Part shown: piece by piece, positions 36,890 through 50,478 of the stretch
Layout of the letters: each line of letters starts with the position of its first letter
How positions within the stretch are numbered: position 1 is the first letter of the stretch
Source of the DNA: Octopus bimaculoides
Taxonomy: Eukaryota
DNA length: 64,000 nt
Assembly (NCBI RefSeq): GCF_001194135.2
Contig: NC_069003.1
Span: 8,309,237-8,373,236, forward strand
Reading direction: 5' to 3'
Notes under the pieces: model-generated
Seen by the model: the letters and a program-made list of their open reading frames with translations, nothing else
Database searches by the model: none
Told to the model about the DNA's origin: nothing
Position numbers and translations under genes: made by a program

Positions 36890-37615
36890 CAGAGCCAATC
36901 TCAGCTCTTTCACCACGACCTCAAGACGGCTCCGGACTTTGGTGCATGAGTTCCTCACTATGTCTCCGAGAAAATTTTCAAGCATTTCCGTAATATTGGA
37001 CACCAGCTCAGCCTTGATTTTGCAGACAGAACAGTTGGTGTCGTTCTCAACAGTGCCTCACATACAGTTACCTATGGGATTACAATCGGGGTTGTTAAAG
37101 TCGTATAATTATCCGCCAATCACTTCTGACTCTTCCCGGAGGTAAGACGAGGAATCGAATTCCGTTGCAATACACACTTGTACTTTCAGCGGTAACCCTC
37201 TCTAGCCAGGGTTCGACCACAGTCTCCTGCAGCTTCACATTTCTGTCTGAATCGAACCTTAGTCTGTATTCAAAGGTGTTGGGTGGCATGACGGCACCCT
37301 CACTGGAGAAACACCCAAAGACCAAGATTTAGCTTTCATGATGAACATGTTACGTATTACAGCCTTTAAAGAGTTCACACAGCGTTGAGCAGCAGTCATG
37401 ATGTCGCCATTTTGATACCCCGCACAAACCGTCATGATACAAGTAACTATTTTTCCAATATTCAAATGGCTTCCGGTCCTCCATGTCAGCTAATTTTTTC
37501 TCAACTATAACTTTAGTCGTTATGCTCTCCAACGCCGCTGACTGGTTTTACTCATACATCACGATGTTCCTGAAGAAACAAGACATAAATAATCGCCAAG
37601 TTTAGCCAGAGGAAC
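36890..37615 (-). mobile_element. Tc1/mariner (maT/DD37D-like) remnant, internally deleted
   Basis: VTCIMTVCAGYQNGDIMTAAQRCVNSLKAVIRN/MFIMKAK..VFGCFSSEGAVMPPNTFEYRLRFDSDRNVKLQETVVEPWLERV..CNP..GTVENDTNCS..KAELVS..RSRLEVVV. The 5' non-coding region aligns with 23560-23663. Confidence 0.85.
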
Positions 37616-37704
37616 TTTTATAAAGCATATATTTAGCGTCATGTTACGCAAAGGATATGATTTATAGATCACACTTCGAAATTACGAGGTGTCATTCTTC
37701 TTCT

Positions 37705-37950
37705 TCGTCTTCTTCTTCTTCTTCTTCTTCTTCTTCTTCTTCTTCTTCTTCTTCTTCTTCTTTCTCCTCCTGTTCCTCCTCTTCCTAGCTTCTGTTGCTT
37801 AAGTTGTTGTTGTTCTTCAATTTCTTCCTCTTTTTCCTCGTCTCCCCAGCTTCTGTTGTTGTTGTTGTTGTTGTTGTTCTTCTTCTTCTTCTTCTTCTTC
37901 TTCTTCTTCTTCTTCTTCTTCTTCTTCTTCTTCTTCTTCTTCTTCTTCTT
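37705..37950. repeat. (TTC)n/(TTG)n microsatellite before a gap
   Basis: Seen directly in the sequence. Confidence 0.95.
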
Positions 37951-38396
37951 NNNNNNNNNNNNNNNNNNNNNNNNNNNNNNNNNNNNNNNNNNNNNNNNNN
38001 NNNNNNNNNNNNNNNNNNNNNNNNNNNNNNNNNNNNNNNNNNNNNNNNNNNNNNNNNNNNNNNNNNNNNNNNNNNNNNNNNNNNNNNNNNNNNNNNNNNN
38101 NNNNNNNNNNNNNNNNNNNNNNNNNNNNNNNNNNNNNNNNNNNNNNNNNNNNNNNNNNNNNNNNNNNNNNNNNNNNNNNNNNNNNNNNNNNNNNNNNNNN
38201 NNNNNNNNNNNNNNNNNNNNNNNNNNNNNNNNNNNNNNNNNNNNNNNNNNNNNNNNNNNNNNNNNNNNNNNNNNNNNNNNNNNNNNNNNNNNNNNNNNNN
38301 NNNNNNNNNNNNNNNNNNNNNNNNNNNNNNNNNNNNNNNNNNNNNNNNNNNNNNNNNNNNNNNNNNNNNNNNNNNNNNNNNNNNNNNNCATACTCA

Positions 38397-38792
38397 TTTA
38401 CTCTTTTACACGTTTTAGTCACTTGACTGCGACCATGCTCAAGCAGTATCTTTAGTCTAATTATTCTTTATGAGCCTAGTACTTATTCTATTGGTTTCTT
38501 TTGCCGTACCGCTAAGTTTCGGTGATATAAGCACGCCAACATTGGTTATCAAGCGATGTGAGGGGGCGGATAAACACAGAAACAAAGGCACACACCCATA
38601 AATATATATATATACACACATATAAATATATTCACGACAGGCTTCTTTCAGTTTCCTCCTACCAAATCCACCCACAAGGCTTTGGTCGGTCCGAGGTTAT
38701 AGTAGAAGACATTTGCGGAAGTTGCCACGCAGTGGAATTGAACCCGGAACCATGTGGTTGAGTAACAAGCTTCTTACTGCACAGTCACGCTT
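38397..38792 (-). mobile_element. Full-length family 2 SINE (head, CORE-like domain, internal microsatellite, tail)
   Basis: Reverse complement: gcgtgactgtgcagtaagaagcttg..ggttccgggttcaattccactgcgtggc..ccgaccaaagccttgtg, then (TA/TG)n, then catcgcttgataacc..cttagcggtacggcaaaag..catggtcgcagtcaagtgactaaaacgtgtaaaagagtaaa. Confidence 0.85.
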
Positions 38793-38817
38793 CACGAATT
38801 ATCTCCATATGTATATA

Positions 38818-40382
38818 TCAGGTCATCCCATAAGTTCTGTCCGATGTTATCTTTTTTAAAAGAGAATGAAATTTAATAGTATCTTAGAATGTCTAATGGA
38901 ATTAAAAATTATTTTGATGCATTTGTGTACATTTAAACTAATTAAATATTATTTTACAGAAAAATAGGATTAAAATTTCTTCGATAAAAAACCTTTTCTA
39001 ATATGGAAGTATCCAAAGAGCATTTGAAGCGCATAATGCTTTATGAGTACAATAAAGGAAATTCTGCAGCCTAAGCGACTCGAAACATACACTAAGTTTA
39101 TGGGAAAGAATGCTCGAATGAAAGAACTTGCAGAAGATGGTTTTCAAAATTCAGAAGTGGAGATTTCAGCTTTGANNNNNNNNNNNNNNNNNNNNNNNNN
39201 NNNNNNNNNNNNNNNNNNNNNNNNNNNNNNNNNNNNNNNNNNNNNNNNNNNNNNNNNNNNNNNNNNNNNNNNNNNNNNNNNNNNNNNNNNNNNNNNNNNN
39301 NNNNNNNNNNNNNNNNNNNNNNNNNNNNNNNNNNNNNNNNNNNNNNNNNNNNNNNNNNNNNNNNNNNNNNNNNNNNNNNNNNNNNNNNNNNNNNNNNNNN
39401 NNNNNNNNNNNNNNNNNNNNNNNNNNNNNNNNNNNNNNNNNNNNNNNNNNNNNNNNNNNNNNNNNNNNNNNNNNNNNNNNNNNNNNNNNNNNNNNNNNNN
39501 NNNNNNNNNNNNNNNNNNNNNNNNNNNNNNNNNNNNNNNNNNNNNNNNNNNNNNNNNNNNNNNNNNNNNNNNNNNNNNNNNNNNNNNNNNNNNNNNNNNN
39601 NNNNNNNNNNNNNNNNNNNNNNNNNNNNNNNNNNNNNNNNNNNNNNNNNNNNNNNNNNNNNNNNNNNNNNNNNNNNNNNNNNNNNNNNNNNNNNNNNNNN
39701 NNNNNNNNNNNNNNNNNNNNNNNNNNNNNNNNNNNNNNNNNNNNNNNNNNNNNNNNNNNNNNNNNNNNNNNNNNNNNNNNNNNNNNNNNNNNNNNNNNNN
39801 NNNNNNNNNNNNNNNNNNNNNNNNNNNNNNNNNNNNNNNNNNNNNNNNNNNNNNNNNNNNNNNNNNNNNNNNNNNNNNNNNNNNNNNNNNNNNNNNNNNN
39901 NNNNNNNNNNNNNNNNNNNNNNNNNNNNNNNNNNNNNNNNNNNNNNNNNNNNNNNNNNNNNNNNNNNNNNNNNNNNNNNNNNNNNNNNNNNNNNNNNNNN
40001 NNNNNNNNNNNNNNNNAATGCGTGACCCCATATTGCAAAGATCACATCACAGAAGATCAAAGAGCTTGGTTGGGAAAAAATTCCTCATCCACCTTATTCT
40101 CCCGACCTTGCTCCTTTAGACTACCATTTGTTTTGTAGTTTACAGAATCATTTGGGGGACATAACTTTTGCAAGTCAGGAGGAGGTTGAAACTGACATTT
40201 CAGAGTTCTTCACTTTGAAACCAAAAGAGTTTTACATTGATGGGATTAAAAAGATTGTAAATAGATAGAAGGAAATCATAGATAATCAGGGGAAAGTACA
40301 TTGATGATTAAATTTCAATTAAATATAACATTTGATCACCTGTTTCCTTTATTCAAAATTCGGACAGAACTAATGGGATGAC

Positions 40383-40386
<4 letters not shown>
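38818..40386 (+). mobile_element. mariner (DD34D-type) transposon, TIR to TIR, TA-flanked; transposase pseudogene 39003-40311 interrupted by an N-gap
   Basis: Left TIR tcaggtcatcccataagttctgtccg and right TIR cggacagaactaatgggatgacctca, each next to TA. MEVSKEHLKRIMLYEYNKGNSAA*ATRNIH*VYG..ERTCRRWFSKFRSGDF / NA*PHIAKITSQKIKELGWEKIPHPPYSPDLAPLDYHLF..LQNHL. Confidence 0.95.
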
Positions 40387-40422
<36 letters not shown>

Positions 40423-40628
40423 CAAACACGGGAGTGCACACATGCTATATATGTGCACATGTACATGTACGTATTTACATGTACGTACATGTATGTATGT
40501 ATGTATGTATGTACGTATGTATGTATGCATGTATGTATGTATGTTTGTATGTATGTATGTATGTATGTATATATATATGTGTGTGTGTGTGTATGTTCGT
40601 GAGTGCGCGTATGTATATGTATATGCTA

Positions 40629-40668
<40 letters not shown>

Positions 40669-40757
40669 TAGTATATATGTATGTATGTATGTATGTATAT
40701 ATGTATGTATGTACGTACGTATGTATGCATATTTGTATATATGGATGGATGAATGTT

Positions 40758-40850
<93 letters not shown>

Positions 40851-41363
40851 CTACATGTAATGTAAATATCAAGTCATGGACACAGAATGTGTCAGGTACA
40901 TACATTTAGCACGTATAATCATTTCCAGTTATTTACGTTTATCTATTGACGACATGAAAAATAAACAGTTTTATTTTTAAGACTTCACATAGGAAGTATC
41001 ATTAATTGATTAGAAGATGATGCTGTCGACCACAAAGTCTTTGACGGCGGTGACGAAGGCAGCAATACTGCTGCTGCTGATGGTGGTGAGGATTATGGTG
41101 TTGCTGTTGCTTCTGTTGCTGATGGTGGTGATTGATGATGCTGGTGGCTTCCATTTTGAGAGAATAGAATTGCTTTTAAAGAGCAGCCATTCAAGAACTA
41201 TTGTGTTTGTATGTATGTATGTATGTATGCACATATGTATGTATATATGTATGTATGTACGTACGTATGTATGCATATTTGTATATATGGATGGATGGAT
41301 GTTTGTATATATGTGTACATACACACAAACATCTATATATGTACAATGTTTTATGTATGTGTG

Positions 41364-41394
<31 letters not shown>

Positions 41395-41600
41395 TACACA
41401 CACATATATACATATGTGTACATATATACTAATATATATATATACATGTATATACATATATATGATATATATAATATATATACACACAAACATACAAACA
41501 CACATATATACACGCACAGGCACGCACACACACAACCACATACAGACAGACAGACATACAGACAGACACAGACACAGACACACTCACACATAAATCACAT
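40387..41600. repeat. Compound TA/TATG/TG/CAGA microsatellites
   Basis: Seen directly in the sequence. Confidence 0.9.
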
Positions 41601-42236
41601 ATACATTGATGCTGCAAGGTAAAAGATGGTAGTTTGATGTCATATTTCGATGAAGTGCAATCATTGTGTGATGTTGACAATACGAAAAGTAAGTTGCAAC
41701 GTAGAAGGAAATGCTTTGTTCGCGGATAGACCATTATAATTATCAACAACTCTGTTGCAACGGTTCCTCTTTTATCACTAATGCCCCCGGCGGGCGAAAC
41801 GGCACGATCATATCAACTTATTCCATAAAGCTGTCCGCTATAAATCCAGATCATTGTATCCATGTCAAATAATTATGATTATAGAGGAATCAGCTAGAAC
41901 TGTTTCACAGATGTGGCTAATGCATTTGGAGGAGACATGGAATTTCATGAGCTCTTGTTTATAATATATATATCCGATGAATTATAGGCAAAATGGTTGA
42001 AGTGTTGAATCATTAAATAACGTGCTCTACTTTCACTTTCGTTTTCGTTTTATCTTTATTTTCTATTGCGATGGGCGGCTCTTATAACGAGTCGTGCATG
42101 GTTTATATCTCTTACTATCAAAGATATGTGTTTGGCAAGTTAAACGGAGTCTGATCACCCTTTACTGGATACTTTTTGTTGATGAAAATTTAACAATGCG
42201 TATTTAACGCTCATTCATTCTTACTTTGAGAAATGA

Positions 42237-42442
42237 AAGCGCGTGGTTTAGTGGTTAGGGTATTCGGCTCACGATCGTGAGGTCGTGATTTCGATCCTCC
42301 GTGGTGCGTTCTGTCCTGAGAAAAGACAATTTCACATTGTTTCGGTTCACTCAACTAGCAAAAATAAGTTCTACATGTATTTCAAAGGGCTAGTATTTTT
42401 ACATTCTGGGTCACGCTTAATCTCCTTGAGAAATATGTAAGG
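42237..42442 (+). mobile_element. SINE family 3, 3'-truncated and degenerate
   Basis: gcgcgtggtttagtggttagggtattcggctcacgatcgtgaggtcgtgatttcgatcc..gtatttcaaagggc..gtcacgcttaatctccttgag. Confidence 0.8.
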
Positions 42443-42482
42443 AATAGCCGAATATTAAAGAAATACAGTTACCTACGATGTT

Positions 42483-42628
42483 GGCATTGGCTGCCTGGCT
42501 AACGAGTTTGCTTCCCAACCACATGACTTTGTGTTCGATCACAAATGGGCAAACGCTAGTTTCTTCTATTTTAGCAAAGAATTTTCCAAGAATTTGTGAG
42601 TTTCGTAGACAGAAACAGTACGGAAGCC
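42483..42628 (+). mobile_element. SINE family 2 5' half, degenerate
   Basis: gtttgcttcccaaccacatga..gttcgatc..ttcttctatt..ttgtgagtt..gtagacagaaac..gaagcc, followed by a microsatellite. Confidence 0.6.
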
Positions 42629-42838
42629 AGTGTTACACACACATATACATGTATAGATATACATATATACACATACATACATATACATAGACTATATATG
42701 TGTGAGTGTAAGTGCATATATATGCGTGTGTGTGTGTGTGTGTGTATGTATGTATCTATCTATCTGTCTACCCATCTACCTATCTATATACCTCTCTGCT
42801 TCTCTCTCTCTTTCTTACTCTCTTTCTCTCTCTCCCCC

Positions 42839-42870
<32 letters not shown>

Positions 42871-42891
42871 CTATCTATATCTATCTATCTA

Positions 42892-42969
<78 letters not shown>

Positions 42970-43541
42970 TATACATGTGTATATATACGCTTATCAACAG
43001 ACTTCTATCCTGCATTCAGTTGAAAGAAATGTCTCTGAAGATGAATGAATTAAGTCTTAAGATGAAAAAATAATAAAGGGAGACACTTCGCTGAAATATA
43101 ATCCCAGAAAATCGATTTGTACGCAATAAGACAGCTGCAATAATGAAATCAATGTCAGAGTTTATGTGTTTATCTCATACAAGGTGTCACATCACTGATT
43201 CACACTACTTCAGAAGAACGTTAGTGTCTTGGGAAATCTATTCGGAAATCACCGAAACACTTTCAGAGAATATTACAGCTTGGTGTTGAAACTGAAGCAT
43301 CGACTCTACACGTCATCCGTATCAGTGTTTGACAAAGATGTGCAGACAGACGTTTCAGAGGAAATATTTCTGATTGTTCGTCAGAGAAGGTGTATTTCAA
43401 ATAACGTTCAATGACAGAACATTTCTGGTAAATAGGACAAATAATATGATGTGTTTAATGAAGCCGATATGTTGCGGTGTCATTTTCATTAGGTAACATA
43501 TAATGGTTGTAACAATAGTGACGGTATTGGCGTACAGGTTA

Positions 43542-43695
43542 CGAGGTGTTCTTGAAAAGTTCTTGGCTTTAAGGGTATAGCAAAAGGCCTCGTTGGAGGC
43601 CCAAACTTCCGAGTTCTTTTACCGAGATTAGAAAAGCTGAAGGACCGCTACAATAAGTGTGTGAATCTGAGAAAGGGAATAATGTTGGATAATAA
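43542..43695 (+). mobile_element. mariner-derived short non-autonomous fragment
   Basis: TA-cgaggtgttcttgaaaagtt is a mariner TIR-like start, followed by the transposase C-terminus only (..LEKLKDRYNKCVNLR..). Cut off by a SINE. Confidence 0.6.
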
Positions 43696-43703
43696 AGAAA
43701 TAA

Positions 43704-43901
43704 GAAACGTTAGCACGCCAGGCGAAATGCTTAGCTGTATTTCGTCTGTCTTAACGTTCTGAGTTCAAATTCCACCGAGGTCGACTTTGCCTTTCATCCT
43801 TTCGGGGTCGATAAATTAAGTACCTGTTACGTACTGGGGTTGATCTAATCGATTGGCCCTCTCTCCCCAAAATTTCGGGCGTTGTGCTTAGAGTAGAAAA
43901 G
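43704..43901 (+). mobile_element. SINE family 1 lacking the first ~17 nt
   Basis: gaaacgttagcacgccaggcgaaatgcttagc..gagttcaaattccaccgaggtcgactttgcctttcatcctttcggggtcgataaattaagtacc..gagtagaaaag. Confidence 0.92.
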
Positions 43902-44684
43902 TATGTATAAAGGTAGACATGGTCACACTAGGCAGTTTCACTTGGATCTGAAGGGTCTAGGGATCCAGTTCTAATCTATGTATGCTGTGGTTTACTGGCG
44001 ATAAATAAATAACTACAGGGAACCAGTGAACTTCCCTGGGGGACTATAATGGAATTAAGACAGCCCTGGTTATATCCTTTAATCTGAAAAATGAAGCCAT
44101 ATTTGTCGAGTGTTGACGTAAATGGAGGCACATCCTTCTGTAAAGTAAATATAAAGTGGTAAGCCAGCGGAATCGTTAGGACCTTGGGCAAACTGCTTAG
44201 CGGCGTTTCGTCCGTCTTTAACATATTTATGAAAAGAAAACACCTGGGGTCAACGAAAACTCTTGAAAAGCGATCTCTCAGCATGACCGTAGTCCAATCA
44301 CTGAGACAGATAAAAGAAAAAAAGAGAACTGTAACATAAAAACAAACAAAACGAAACGAAACAAACACATCAATTTTAAAAAAATAAACTGAGAACAGGC
44401 GAAATAATTATAATGAAAATTCGGAAGTTTATATATAGAAGAGTGTAAGTTTGCAAGTAAAAACTAGTAATAGATGCTCCAAAAGATTATTTTCATTTCT
44501 ATTTTAATTATAGATTTAATGGAGGTTTTAAAGAAATTTTGAAAAACTTTCACGGATTATTTAAAATCAGTCAACATCATGGTTTATTTGTTTATTTATC
44601 TCGCATACATTATTTGATTCCTGGTTTTTAAGTACACAAAATAAACACACATCCACAACACACGCATACAGAGGGATAAATGGT

Positions 44685-44734
<50 letters not shown>

Positions 44735-45030
44735 GTGTCGATAGATAGGTAGGTAGATAGATAAACAGAGAGCTGCAAATAGTAGAGAGACAGAGGGATT
44801 GATAGGGAAAGAAGTAGATAGATAGAATGAGGGATATATATATATATATATANNNNNNNNNNNNNNNNNNNNNNNNNNNNNNNNNNNNNNNNNNNNNNNN
44901 NNNNNNNNNNNNNNNNNNNNNNNNNNNNNNNNNNNNNNNNNNNNNNNNNNNNNNNNNNNNTATATATGTATGTATATACAGAGAGGTAGGTAGTTTGATA
45001 GATAGATAATAGATAGATAGATAGATGGAG

Positions 45031-45078
<48 letters not shown>

Positions 45079-45110
45079 AGAAAGAAAGACAGAGAGAAAA
45101 TGTAAGAGAG
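44685..45110. repeat. (GATA)n/(GA)n/(TA)n microsatellites around a gap
   Basis: Seen directly in the sequence. Confidence 0.9.
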
Positions 45111-45648
45111 AAAAAAGAACACACTTTATATTTTTCGGGAATTCTTTGTTGATCTTTTTATCTGTCTGACTGAAATTTAGTTTCTTTTTCTATTTTCGTC
45201 AGAAAACTCTGAACAATCATGTGCTATTTATTGCCATATCTGTTTAGATCAATTCATTGAGCAATAGCACACTCCATTAGACCGTTGTTTTCTCAACTAA
45301 ACTTCTAGAATCGTTATCTATTTAGTTTTTTTAATATTTTTGGGTGTCAGAAAAAAAAAGTATTTTCCTATAGATTATGTTATTGTTATTTGCTATTAAT
45401 CTATTATCACATTATTTTTTTACACCGAGAGAGAGAGAGAGAGNNNNNNNNNNNNNNNNNNNNNNNNNNNNNNNNNNNNNNNNNNNNNNNNNNNNNNNNN
45501 NNNNNNNNNNNNNNNNCCGTATCGTTAGCTAAAACCGCCATTTTTCTCATAGATTTCGATGTTGCAGCAACCATATTTTGTATGTCCCCGATATTTATAA
45601 AGCTGTCTTTAAGTGAAAAAATTTTTTTTGTAAAAAAAAAAACTCCTG

Positions 45649-45703
<55 letters not shown>

Positions 45704-45950
45704 GTTGTTGTTGTTACTACATTTTCTTTGCTTATCTTTCTATATTTAGCCTCAATGCTGCACAATGTATAATCCGATTTATTCATTCTAACTGAATTTT
45801 TCTGAATGCTACTGAATACTTGCTGACACCTTCTTCTTTACTTTCTAAAGATATTCAACAATTGATTCTTATACAGTGAAGGCTTAACGTTTTGTCACCG
45901 CTGCCGTATCTTCATAACGCATTACTTCTAATACGCCAAACAGCATTATT

Positions 45951-46009
<59 letters not shown>

Positions 46010-46032
46010 GATACAATAGTACAATCATTTTA

Positions 46033-46114
<82 letters not shown>

Positions 46115-46332
46115 TTGTTGTTGTTTGCAGATATTCTCTAATCAAATAGTTTTCTATTTTCCAAACTGCAACACAAGGAATATCAAGAACACCAACATCA
46201 ATTTGATGTTGTACAATGAAACAAGCGTTTCCGAAGAGAGAAACTTCCAAACTTCTATAATTCATCGTAAATTAAAGGAACGGAGTTGGAAGTAAAATCT
46301 TTTACTCTAATCCCTATTTCCTATGACGAATC

Positions 46333-46395
<63 letters not shown>

Positions 46396-46958
46396 TGTTA
46401 TTATTATTATTAGTAGTAGTATTATTGTTACTAGCTCTATTGCTCTGTCCGACATTAAAGCGAGTGCTTTGCTTTCTATGCACTTGTCACACTTAAATAT
46501 ATGGCTTCTCCCTGTCTTTTGTTGTTCGTCCTGCACTGCCAATCTTCGGAAATCTCGCCCATTGTAGTTGCAGCCTTATAATCATTTTGATTTATTAGAA
46601 AGACTGTGAGGTTTCACTTCGGGGCATCTTCTAAAGAAGGGATTTGGGATGTCATTAGTTGCGTAGCATGGAGACTTGTTGGTCAAAAAGAATTCGATTG
46701 GACAAACTTCTATCGCATTTGCTGCAGCGCGTACAAGTCTTGACAAATGCATGACAGCACTAAGTAAGCTTAGCTGTGGAGTTAATAAGCTGTCTTTGCA
46801 ATCACGAAATTTCGGGTTCAGATTCATAGTTTGGTACCCTCGGCAATACTTTTCTGCTATATCTCCGGACCAACCCATCCTTTTAGAGTGGATCTGAAAC
46901 AAGATAAACACACACACACATATACATGTGTATACAAGTGTATGTGGGTGTACGTGTG

Positions 46959-46996
<38 letters not shown>

Positions 46997-47670
46997 AGAC
47001 ATACATGAAGGATCGAACTTATCGATATGAGCCTCTTTCCTCCTTACCTAAAGATTAGCGATTTAACCACAAGATTTCATAGAGCTACAGAAATAATATG
47101 TTTTATTATGAGAAATGCGAATAAACATGTGGTTTCTCTGTTTCTCTTTCTGTGTCTCTGTCTATCTCTCACTATACATATATATANNNNNNNNNNCGAT
47201 CTATACATAAGCATACATGTATAAACATATACTTCTATATATATATTTATAAATATGTGTGTATGCATGTATTTATGTATAGACATGTGTATATATGTAT
47301 ATATGTTTGTGCTCGTACTTGTGTTTCTTGTGTATTAGCATGGTGATATTTATTCGTTGGCTGTAATATTTATTGAAATCGCCACACACTAATCTTGAAC
47401 AAATTGAGTCTAAAATCAGACACGGCAAGCTTAAACAACATAACGCTAGGAAAAATATATTTAAAAAAATTATAACTAAAAGCAGAGGAAATATTTATCA
47501 CATCAATTTTGGTTGTGTTTTAATTAGAAAAAAAAAAGTAAACTAAAGTATAAAAGCGAATAGATATCATAGAATAAGAATGAAATGGAAAAAAATATAT
47601 AATATTTTGGCGCCTTACAGCGCTACACGTAAGTTTTAATATCGACAAATAAACTAATCTAACTGATATT

Positions 47671-48275
47671 TATATAATACTTTGGGAGTAAATTATAATA
47701 TGTCTAAGTTGGAAAAGCGAAAATGCTGTAATTAATAAATGAAGTGAGAATATATAATAATATCGACATTTAGTTCAGAAGACGTTTGAATATGAAAATA
47801 ATGTTTTAGATTGAATATTTCTAGTTCTTTTCTGCGTCATTCTAATCACGTCAGTCGGACTAGAGCTGTGACCTCTCAATTCTGAGTAGAAGCTAATCAA
47901 ATCTGAGAGACTCCCTGATCTCCGAGCTACGTCCTCTGTCGAGTTACACCAATGATCCTCCGGGGGAAGGGGCACTTTGACTGCTTGTATTGGCGATCAT
48001 GCTCTTTCAGTCGTTACCTAAAATTCAGGAAACTTAGGTGCAGTCTATAAATGAGATGGTTTGATAATACCCATAGTCGCAGTTGGTCACACTTGGGAAT
48101 TCGGTCAGCAAGCGCAGTGATGGTTGTTTCTGAAAGGCCCCTATCTCCACAGCCCTCTCCAGAATAGTAGGTAGATCGATAGATGAGTAGATATATTTAG
48201 TAGATATATTTAGTTAGTTATATAATACTTTGGGAGTAAATTATGATGTGTCTAAGTTGGAAAAGCGAAAATGCT
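47671..48275. repeat. 57-bp direct repeat pair bracketing a ~490-bp GC-richer insert
   Basis: tatataatactttgggagtaaattatRatRtgtctaagttggaaaagcgaaaatgct at 47671-47727 and 48219-48275 (2 mismatches). Confidence 0.8.
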
Positions 48276-49371
48276 TAAAGCATAATGAGAATAGATAAAA
48301 TATGAATTATTTCGCCTTAAAAAATTGAAGTACACGAAACTCATATCACCCCACATAACGTACGCCCTGGGTCACTTACACACATACACACACAAAGGTC
48401 CACATAACTGTCAGCTCGCCCCCATACATACTCACGCAATCGCCCCCATTCATACATACACATTCACACACACCATTCTCACATACACACGCGCGCTTGA
48501 GCAAATTCGTTCGGCCGGTTCTCCTTCATTATCCCCCTTTCTTTCAACCTCTTTCTTCTGGCTATTTCATCACGTTAAGCCGTTAATCCCTACACATTTT
48601 TCTCCCTCTCCGTTTTCTTTCATCATCTTTCTTATTTTCCTCTGAATCCTTTCTATCGAAGAGCGTAGACACGAAACGTACAAGACTTTTCCATTCTTCC
48701 CGAGCATTAAACTAATACACCAGCTATTCTTACACTTGTCTTCGTCTTTTGTCTTCTGTAAATTTGAACTAAGTTTACACCCCCACGTCTACACAAAGTG
48801 ATGTTAAATATTACTTCTCTCTATTAATACTGCCTCTGTTACTAATATATATTAGGTATGGTATATTAGTTTTTACAGAGTGCTGTATTTTTCGGAACTG
48901 ATTCTTGCCGGAAATTTCATAAATCATCTCTCACAGCTCAAGGACATAAATTTATGCGTTATATTATATCTTCTGTCAAGTTAACTACGACGTTAACATT
49001 TCCTGCATTATATTCACACCAATGATCGGCGAAAGAATACACATCCAAATATTCGTATTAATTTTTGTAGACGCGTGTATTTCTGAAGAGATATACATCC
49101 CAGTATACACACTAAAGAATACCCTCATATAATCACACCTTCCAACAAATATCTCTACTCTTGTAAGCATACAAAGGAATACATCTAAGAAGTTGTTTGC
49201 TGCTAAACTGAAATTATTGAATACTGTAAGGTATTTTCACAAGATAGAATTCCCTGAAAACAGTTATTATTCTCTATGTCAACACTAAGAACTTCCTTTC
49301 TCCCGATTCCTAATCCACTAACGTTCTATGAAGAAGATATGGAATATTTAAATATATTCATGGAATATATT

Positions 49372-49520
49372 TGAGGGCGGCGAGCTTCGCAGAAACGTTA
49401 GCACACCGGGTGAAATGCTTAGCGGTATTTCGTCTGCCGTTACGTTCTGAGTTCAAATTCCGCCGAGGTCGAGTTTGCTTTTCATCCTTTCGGGGTCAGT
49501 AAATTAAGTACCAGATACGG
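49372..49520 (+). mobile_element. SINE family 1, 3'-truncated
   Basis: gggcggcgagcttcgcagaaacgttagcacaccggg..gagttcaaattccgccgaggtcgag..cggggtcagtaaattaagtaccag. Confidence 0.9.
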
Positions 49521-50403
49521 ACTGTATATATGTATATACAGTATGTATATATACAGTTTTACCAATGACCTTTTCTAGGAGCACTTTCAAGTGTAAATGT
49601 GTGAAAGTTTAATCACTACGGAAAATGAAACAATGGAGAGAGACAAGCGATTCACTCTCATACAACCGAAACAAACTCGAGGTATTTTTTGACATGAATA
49701 ACGGGTTCTATGTATTTACATAATTTAGTTATGTAAGATACTTTGTTTCCAAAAGGACATTGTTTATGATATTTTAAAAATATTTTTAATTTGAATTTAC
49801 CTGGTAGGTGATGATAAATTCTTGATTATTTTAGTGAAGAATTTTTTTCTTAAAATAGGAATGTAAAATTTATTAATTTGTAGTTTTCTTCCAGCACTTT
49901 CATAAATTCAATTAAAAATCCAATACGACTTAGAACTCTTCTTTGAATACCTATACAACTATTTGTTTATTTATCCCAGTTAAATATTGGCTAATAATTC
50001 ATTTTATATGGCAATATTTAAACAATGTTTAAATAATTTTACATTCCAGTGTTTTTACCTCAACGAACTTGTAATTAGATAAGTTGAAGATTTATGGCAG
50101 ACTCTTTCCAGTTGTCTTCCAAACAGGAATATAATTTATGCATATAAATGTAGCGATGTCTGCCTTGTTTTCAGAAACTACAAACCGAGCTCAAAAATCA
50201 ACGGGTTATTATTGTTGCTATTATTATTATTATTAAATACAAATTACGACAAAAAGTAAATAAACAAACGAAGTTTGCTTTTAGAAGCGTTGAGATGTCT
50301 TAGAAAGTTAAAGAAGTGATTTTCTAGCCACCTACACTTTTCTCTGCAAAATAGGGGTAGTTTATCCTGTTCAGGCTATATTATTAGCATTATTCTGCGA
50401 TTG

Positions 50404-50444
<41 letters not shown>

Positions 50445-50478
50445 CATTATTATTATTATTATCATTATTATTATTAAC

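Noticed and set aside
43340-43390. CTGACGA...GAAAC hammerhead-like pattern on the minus strand
   Set aside because: No coherent stem II or stem I pairing.
46590-46917. Non-repetitive moderately GC stretch with 111-aa and 73-aa ORFs
   Set aside because: No recognisable motif or convincing splice sites; left unannotated.
48480-48770. Possible second Penelope-like terminal region (gaagagcgtagacacgaaacgtac)
   Set aside because: Core CUGANGA and stem II are too degenerate, and no GIY-YIG residues are recognisable upstream.
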